Assembly (NCBI GenBank): GCA_964057225.1
Contig: OZ059898.1
Span: 20,770,001-20,834,000 of the forward strand
Direction of reading: 5' to 3'
From: Auanema rhodensis
Taxonomy: Eukaryota > Animalia > Nematoda
Length of the DNA stretch: 64,000 nucleotides
This document shows, in pieces, positions 57,401 to 64,000 of this stretch (the stretch's first letter is position 1; each line of letters begins with the position of its first letter). The notes under the pieces were generated by a model, which did not search any database, was not told where the DNA came from, and was given only the letters and a program-made list of their open reading frames with translations. The translations under genes and the position numbers were made by a program.

Positions 57401-60400
57401 TGGTATGTAACTCGCTTCACGTGAAAGATAAAGAGATGCGATTTTCAAAATTAGATTCCCCATGTCCATTTTAGTCTAAAAACAAATTTTTATTGATATT
57501 GGTTCATGGTAACCATGACTTTGAAATTTACGTGAACTTTAATTTATGCTAATTAAATGTACACGTGATGTGCACTTGGTATGTAACTCGCTTCACGTGA
57601 AAGATAAAGAGATGCGGTTTTCAAAATTAGATTCCCCATGTCCATATTAAACTAAAAACAAATTTTTATTGATATTGGTTCATGGTAACCATGACTTTGA
57701 AATTTACGTGAACTTTAATTTATGCTAATTAAATGTACACGTGATGTGCACTTGGTATGTAACTCGCTTCACGTGAAAGATAAAGAGATGCGGTTTTCAA
57801 AATTAGATTCCCCATGTCCATATTAGTCTAAAAACAAATTTTTATTGATATTGGTGCATGGTAACCATGACTTTGAAATTTACGTGAACTTTAATTTATG
57901 CTAATTAAATGTACACGTGATGTGCACTTGGTATGTAACTAGCTTCACGTAAAAGATAAAGAGATGCGGTTTTCAAAATTAGATTTCCCATGTCCATATT
58001 AGTCTAAAAACAAATTTTTATTGATACTGGTTCATGGTAACCATGACTTTGAAATTTACGTGAATTTTAATTTATGCTAATTAAATGTACACGTGATGTG
58101 CACTTGGTATGTAACTCGCTTCACGTGAAAGATAAAGAGATGCGGTTTTCAAAATTAGATTTCCCATGTCCATATTAGTCTAAAAACAAATTTTTATTGA
58201 TATTGGTTCATGGTAACCATGACTTTGAAATTTACGTGAACTTTAATTTATGCTAATTAAATGTACACGTGATGTGCACTTGGTATGTAACTAGCTTCAC
58301 GTGAAAGATAAAAAGATGCGGTTTTTAAAATTAGATTCCCCATGTCCATATTAGTCTAAAAACAAATTTTTATTGATATTGGTTCATGGTAACCATGACT
58401 TTGAAATTTACGTGAACTTTAATTTATGCTAATTAAATGTACACGTGATGTGCACTTGGTATGTAACTCGCTTCACGTGAAAGATAAAGAGATGCGGTTT
58501 TCGAAATTAGATTCCCCATGTCCATATTAGTCTAAAAACAAATTTTTATTGATATTGGTTCATGGTAACCATGACTTTGAAATTTACGTGAACTTTAATT
58601 TATGCTAATTAAATGTACACGTGATGTGCACTTGGTATGTAACTCGCTTCACGTGAAAGATAAAGAGATGCGGTTTTCAAAATTAGATTCCCCATGTCCA
58701 TATTAGTCTAAAAACAAATTTTTATTGATATTGGTTCATGGTAACCATGACTTTGAAATTTACGTGAACTTTAATTTATGCTAATTAAATGTACACGTGA
58801 TGTGCACTTGGTATGTAACTCGCTTCACGTGAAAGATAAAGAGATGCGGTTTTCAAAATTAGATTCCCCATGTCCATATTAGTCTAAAAACAAATTTTTA
58901 TTGATATTGGTGCATGGTAACCATGACTTTGAAATTTACGTGAACTTTAATTTATGCTAATTAAATGTACACGTGATGTGCACTTGGTATGTAACTAGCT
59001 TCACGTAAAAGATAAAGAGATGCGGTTTTCAAAATTAGATTTCCCATGTCCATATTAGTCTAAAAACAAATTTTTATTGATACTGGTTCATGGTAACCAT
59101 GACTTTGAAATTTACGTGAATTTTAATTTATGCTAATTAAATGTACACGTGATGTGCACTTGGTATGTAACTCGCTTCACGTGAAAGATAAAGAGATGCG
59201 GTTTTCAAAATTAGATTTCCCATGTCCATATTAGTCTAAAAACAAATTTTTATTGATATTGGTTCATGGTAACCATGACTTTGAAATTTACGTGAACTTT
59301 AATTTATGCTAATTAAATGTACACGTGATGTGCACTTGGTATGTAACTCGCTTCACGTGAAAGATAAAGAGATGCGGTTTCCAAAATTAGATTCCCCATG
59401 TCCATATTAGTCTAAAAACAAATTTTTATTGATATTGGTTCATGGTAACCATGACTTTGAAATTTACGTGAACTTTAATTTATGCTAATTAAATGTACAC
59501 GTCATGTGCACTTGGTATGTAACTCGCTTCACGTGAAAGATAAAGAGATGCGGTTTTCAAAATTAGATTCCCCATGTCCATATTAGTCTAAAAAAAAATT
59601 TTTATTGATATTGGTTCATGGTAACCATGACTTTGAAATTTACGTGAACTTTAATTTATGCTAATTAAATGTATACGTGATGTGCACTTGGTATGTAACT
59701 AGCTTCACGTAAAAGATAAAGAGATGCGGTTCTCAAAATTAGATTTCCCATGTCCATATTAGTCTAAAAACAAATTTTTATTGATACTGGTTCATGGTAA
59801 CCATGACTTTGAAATTTACGTGAACTTTAATTTATACTAATTAAATGTACACGTGATGTGCACTTGGTATGTAACTCGCTTCACGTGAAAGATAAAGAGA
59901 TGCGGTTTTCAAAATTAGATTCCCCATGTCCATATTAGTCTAAAAACAAATTTTTATTGATATTGGTGCATGGTAACCATGACTTTGAAATTTACGTGAA
60001 CTTTAATTTATGCTAATTAAATGTACACGTGATGTGCACTTGGTATGTAACTAGCTTCACGTGAAAGATAAAAAGATGCGGTTTTTAAAATTAGATTCCC
60101 CATGTCCATATTAGTCTAAAAACAAATTTTTATTGATATTGGTTCATGGTAACCATGACTTTGAAATTTACGTGAACTTTAATTTATGCTAATTAAATGT
60201 ACACGTGATGTGCACTTGGTATGTAACTCGCTTCACGTGAAAGATAAAGAGATGCGGTTTTCGAAATTAGATTCCCCATGTCCATATTAGTCTAAAAACA
60301 AATTTTTATTGATATTGGTTCATGGTAACCATGACTTTGAAATTTACGTGAACTTTAATTTATGCTAATTAAATGTACACGTGATGTGCACTTGGTATGT

Positions 60401-63400
60401 AACTCGCTTCACGTGAAAGATAAAGAGATGCGATTTTCAAAATTAGATTCCCCATGTCCATTTTAGTCTAAAAACAAATTTTTATTGATATTGGTTCATG
60501 GTAACCATGACTTTGAAATTTACGTGAACTTTAATTTATGCTAATTAAATGTACACGTGATGTGCACTTGGTATGTAACTCGCTTCACGTGAAAGATAAA
60601 GAGATGCGGTTTTCAAAATTAGATTCCCCATGTCCATATTAGTCTAAAAACAAATTTTTATTGATATTGGTTCATGGTAACCATGACTTTGAAATTTACG
60701 TGAACTTTAATTTATGCTAATTAAATGTACACGTGATGTGCACTTGGTATGTAACTCGCTTCACGTGAAAGATATAGAGATGCGGTTTTCAAAATTAGAT
60801 TCCCCATGTCCATATTAGTCTAAAAACAAATTTTTATTGATATTGGTGCATGGTAACCATGACTTTGAAATTTACGTGAACTTTAATTTATGCTAATTAA
60901 ATGTACACGTGATGTGCACTTGGTATGTAACTAGCTTCACGTAAAAGATAAAGAGATGCGGTTTTCAAAATTAGATTTCCCATGTCCATATTAGTCTAAA
61001 AACAAATTTTTATTGATACTGGTTCATGGTAACCATGACTTTGAAATTTACGTGAATTTTAATTTATGCTAATTAAATGTACACGTGATGTGCACTTGGT
61101 ATGTAACTCGCTTCACGTGAAAGATAAAGAGATGCGGTTTTCAAAATTAGATTTCCCATGTCCATATTAGTCTAAAAACAAATTTTTATTGATATTGGTT
61201 CATGGTAACCATGACTTTGAAATTTACGTGAACTTTAATTTATGCTAATTAAATGTACACGTGATGTGCACTTGGTATGTAACTCGCTTCACGTGAAAGA
61301 TAAAGAGATGCGGTTTCCAAAATTAGATTCCCCATGTCCATATTAGTCTAAAAACAAATTTTTATTGATATTGGTTCATGGTAACCATGACTTTGAAATT
61401 TACGTGAACTTTAATTTATGCTAATTAAATGTACACGTCATGTGCACTTGGTATGTAACTCGCTTCACGTGAAAGATAAAGAGATGCGGTTTTCAAAATT
61501 AGATTCCCCATGTCCATATTAGTCTAAAAACAAATTTTTATTGATATTGGTGCATGGTAACCATGACTTTGAAATTTACGTGAACTTTAATTTATGCTAA
61601 TTAAATGTATACGTGATGTGCACTTGGTATGTAACTAGCTTCACGTAAAAGATAAAGAGATGCGGTTCTCAAAATTAGATTTCCCATGTCCATATTAGTC
61701 TAAAAACAAATTTTTATTGATACTGGTTCATGGTAACCATGACTTTGAAATTTACGTGAACTTTAATTTATACTAATTAAATGTACACGTGATGTGCACT
61801 TGGTATGTAACTCGCTTCACGTGAAAGATAAAGAGATGCGGTTTTCAAAATTAGATTTCTCATGTCCATATTAGTCTAAAAACAAATTTTTATTGATATT
61901 GGTTCATGGTAACCATGACTTTGAAATTTACGTGAACTTTAATTTATGCTAATTAAATGTACACGTGATGTGCACTTGGTATGTAACTCGCTTCACGTGA
62001 AAGATAAAGAGATGCGGTTTCCAAAATTAGATTCCCCATGTCCATATTAGTCTAATTACAAATTTTTATTGATATTGGTTCATGGTAACCATGACTTTGA
62101 AATTTACGTGAACTTTAATTTATGCTAATTAAATGTACACGTGATGTGCACTTGGTATGTAACTCGCTTCACGTGAAAGATATAGAGATGCGGTTTTCAA
62201 AATTAGATTCCCCATGTACATGTTAGTCTAAAAACAAATTTTTATTGATATTGGTTCATGGTAACCATGACTTTCAAATTTACGTGAACTTTAATTTATG
62301 CTAATTAAATGTACACGTGATGTGCACTTGGTATGTAACTCGCTTCACGTGAAAGATAAAGAGATGTGGTTATCAAAATTAGATTCCCCATGTCCATATT
62401 AGTCTAAAAACAAATTTTTATTAATATTGTTTCATGGTACCCATGACTTTGAAATTTACGTGAACTTTAATTCATGCTAATTAAATGTACACGTGATGTG
62501 CACTTGGTATGTAACTCGCTTCACGTGAAAGATAAAGAGATGCGGTTTTCAAAATTAGATTCCCCATGTCCATATTAGTCTAAAAACAAATTTTTATTGA
62601 TATTGGTTCATGGTAACCATGACTTTGAAATTTACGTGAACTTTAATTTATGCTAATTAAATGTACACGTGATGTGCACTTGGTATGTAACTCGCTTCAC
62701 GTGAAAGATAAAGAGATGCGGTTTTCAAAATTAGATTCCCCATGTCCATATTAGTCTAAAAACAAATTTTTATTGATATTGGTTCATGGTAACCATGACT
62801 TTGAAATTTACGTGAACTTTAATTTATGCTAATTAAATGTACACGTGATGTGCACTTGGTATGTAACTCGCTTCACGTGAAAGATAAAGAGATGCGGTTT
62901 TCAAAATTAGATTCCCCATGTCCATATTAGTCTAAAAACAAATTTTTATTGATATTGGTTCATGGTCACCATGACTTTGAAATTTACGTGAACTTTAATT
63001 TATGCTAATTAAATGTACACGTGATGTGCACTTGGTATGTAACTCGCTTCACGTGAAAGATAAAGAGATGCGGTTTTCAAAATTAGATTCCCCATGTCCA
63101 TATTAGTCTAAAACCAAATTTTTATTGATATTGGTTCATGGTAACCATGACTTTGAAATTTACGTGAACTTTAATTTATGCTAATTAAATGTACACGTCA
63201 TGTGCACTTGGTATGTAACTCGCTTCACGTGAAAGAAAAAGAGATGCGGTTTTCAAAATTAGATTCCCCATGTCCATATTAGTCCAAAAACAAATTTTTA
63301 TTGATATTGGTTCATGGTAACCATGACTTTGAAATTTACGTGAACTTTAATTTATGCTAATTAAATGTACACGTGATGTGCACTTGGTATGTAACTCGCT

Positions 63401-64000
63401 TCACGTGAAAGATAAAGAGATGTGGTTATCAAAATTAGATTCCCCATGTCCATATTAGTCTAAAAACAAATTTTTATTAATATTGTTTCATGGTACCCAT
63501 GACTTTGAAATTTACGTGAACTTTAATTCATGCTAATTAAATGTACACGTGATGTGCACTTGGTATGTAACTCGCTTCACGTGAAAGATAAAGAGATGCG
63601 GTTTTCAAAATTAGATTCCCCATGTCCATATTAGTCTAAAAACAAATTTTTATTGATATTGGTTCATGGTAACCATGACTTTGAAATTTACGTGAACTTT
63701 AATTTATGCTAATTAAATGTACACGTGATGTGCACTTGGTATGTAACTCGCTTCACGTGAAAGATAAAGAGATGCGGTTTTCAAAATTAGATTCCCCATG
63801 TCCATATTAGTCTAAAAACAAATTTTTATTGATATTGGTTCATGGTAACCATGACTTTGAAATTTACGTGAATTTTAATTTATGCTAATTAAATGTACAC
63901 GTGATGTGCACTTGGTATGTAACTCGCTTCACGTGAAAGATAAAGAGATGCGGTTTTCGAAATTAGATTCCCCATGTCCATATTAGTCTAAAAACAAATT

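Larger units (their letters stand above)
1..64000 (+). repeat. Tandem satellite array, 176-bp monomer, ~363.6 copies, highly homogeneous; probable centromeric/pericentromeric satellite
   Basis: TAAATGTACACGTG recurs at 1, 177, 881, 2641, 5281 ... 18481 (exact multiples of 176). Register shifts only at +A (18482-18485), +A (21827-21830) and -A (37063-37066). Last monomer starts at 63890. No interruption or inversion seen. The repeat itself is directly seen; the centromeric role is inferred only from near-nucleosomal length and homogeneity. Confidence 0.99.

Noticed and set aside
1-64000. CRISPR array
   Set aside because: The repeats are contiguous 176-bp units with no unique spacers, no leader and no cas genes.
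1-64000. Purely artefactual or synthetic repeat (collapsed assembly or concatemer)
   Set aside because: Linked, hierarchically shared and regionally restricted variants fit a naturally evolving array, although individual exact duplications still need read support.
1-64000. Embedded transposon, inversion or telomeric tract
   Set aside because: The 176-bp register holds from end to end apart from three 1-bp indels, leaving no room for an insertion, and no strand switch was seen.

Overview
The whole 64,000-bp window is one uninterrupted head-to-tail array of a 176-bp, AT-rich (~32% GC) satellite monomer: 363 full copies plus a 111-bp partial copy, all in one orientation. Consensus, with monomer positions m1-m176 = window 1-176 but T at m127: TAAATGTACACGTGATGTGCACTTGGTATGTAACTCGCTTCACGTGAAAGATAAAGAGATGCGGTTTTCAAAATTAGATTCCCCATGTCCATATTAGTCTAAAAACAAATTTTTATTGATATTGGTTCATGGTAACCATGACTTTGAAATTTACGTGAACTTTAATTTATGCTAAT. 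Monomers carry about 0-6 substitutions each, and I found only three 1-bp indels in 64 kb. I see no genes, RNA genes, transposons or CRISPR spacers; the two listed ORFs arise from one stop-codon-removing SNP. Monomer length and homogeneity are typical of a eukaryotic centromeric or pericentromeric satellite (inference; I cannot assign species or family). Three things deserve a second look. (1) The monomer is tiled with short dyad symmetries, and many variants repair mismatches in those dyads, including one compensatory pair and one double substitution that creates a perfect palindrome. (2) SNP haplotypes reveal a conserved ~13-14-monomer order plus nested recent duplications with mappable chimeric junction monomers. 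(3) Each monomer carries three phased ACGTGA/E-box cores. All variant calls were read by eye and need confirmation by alignment.
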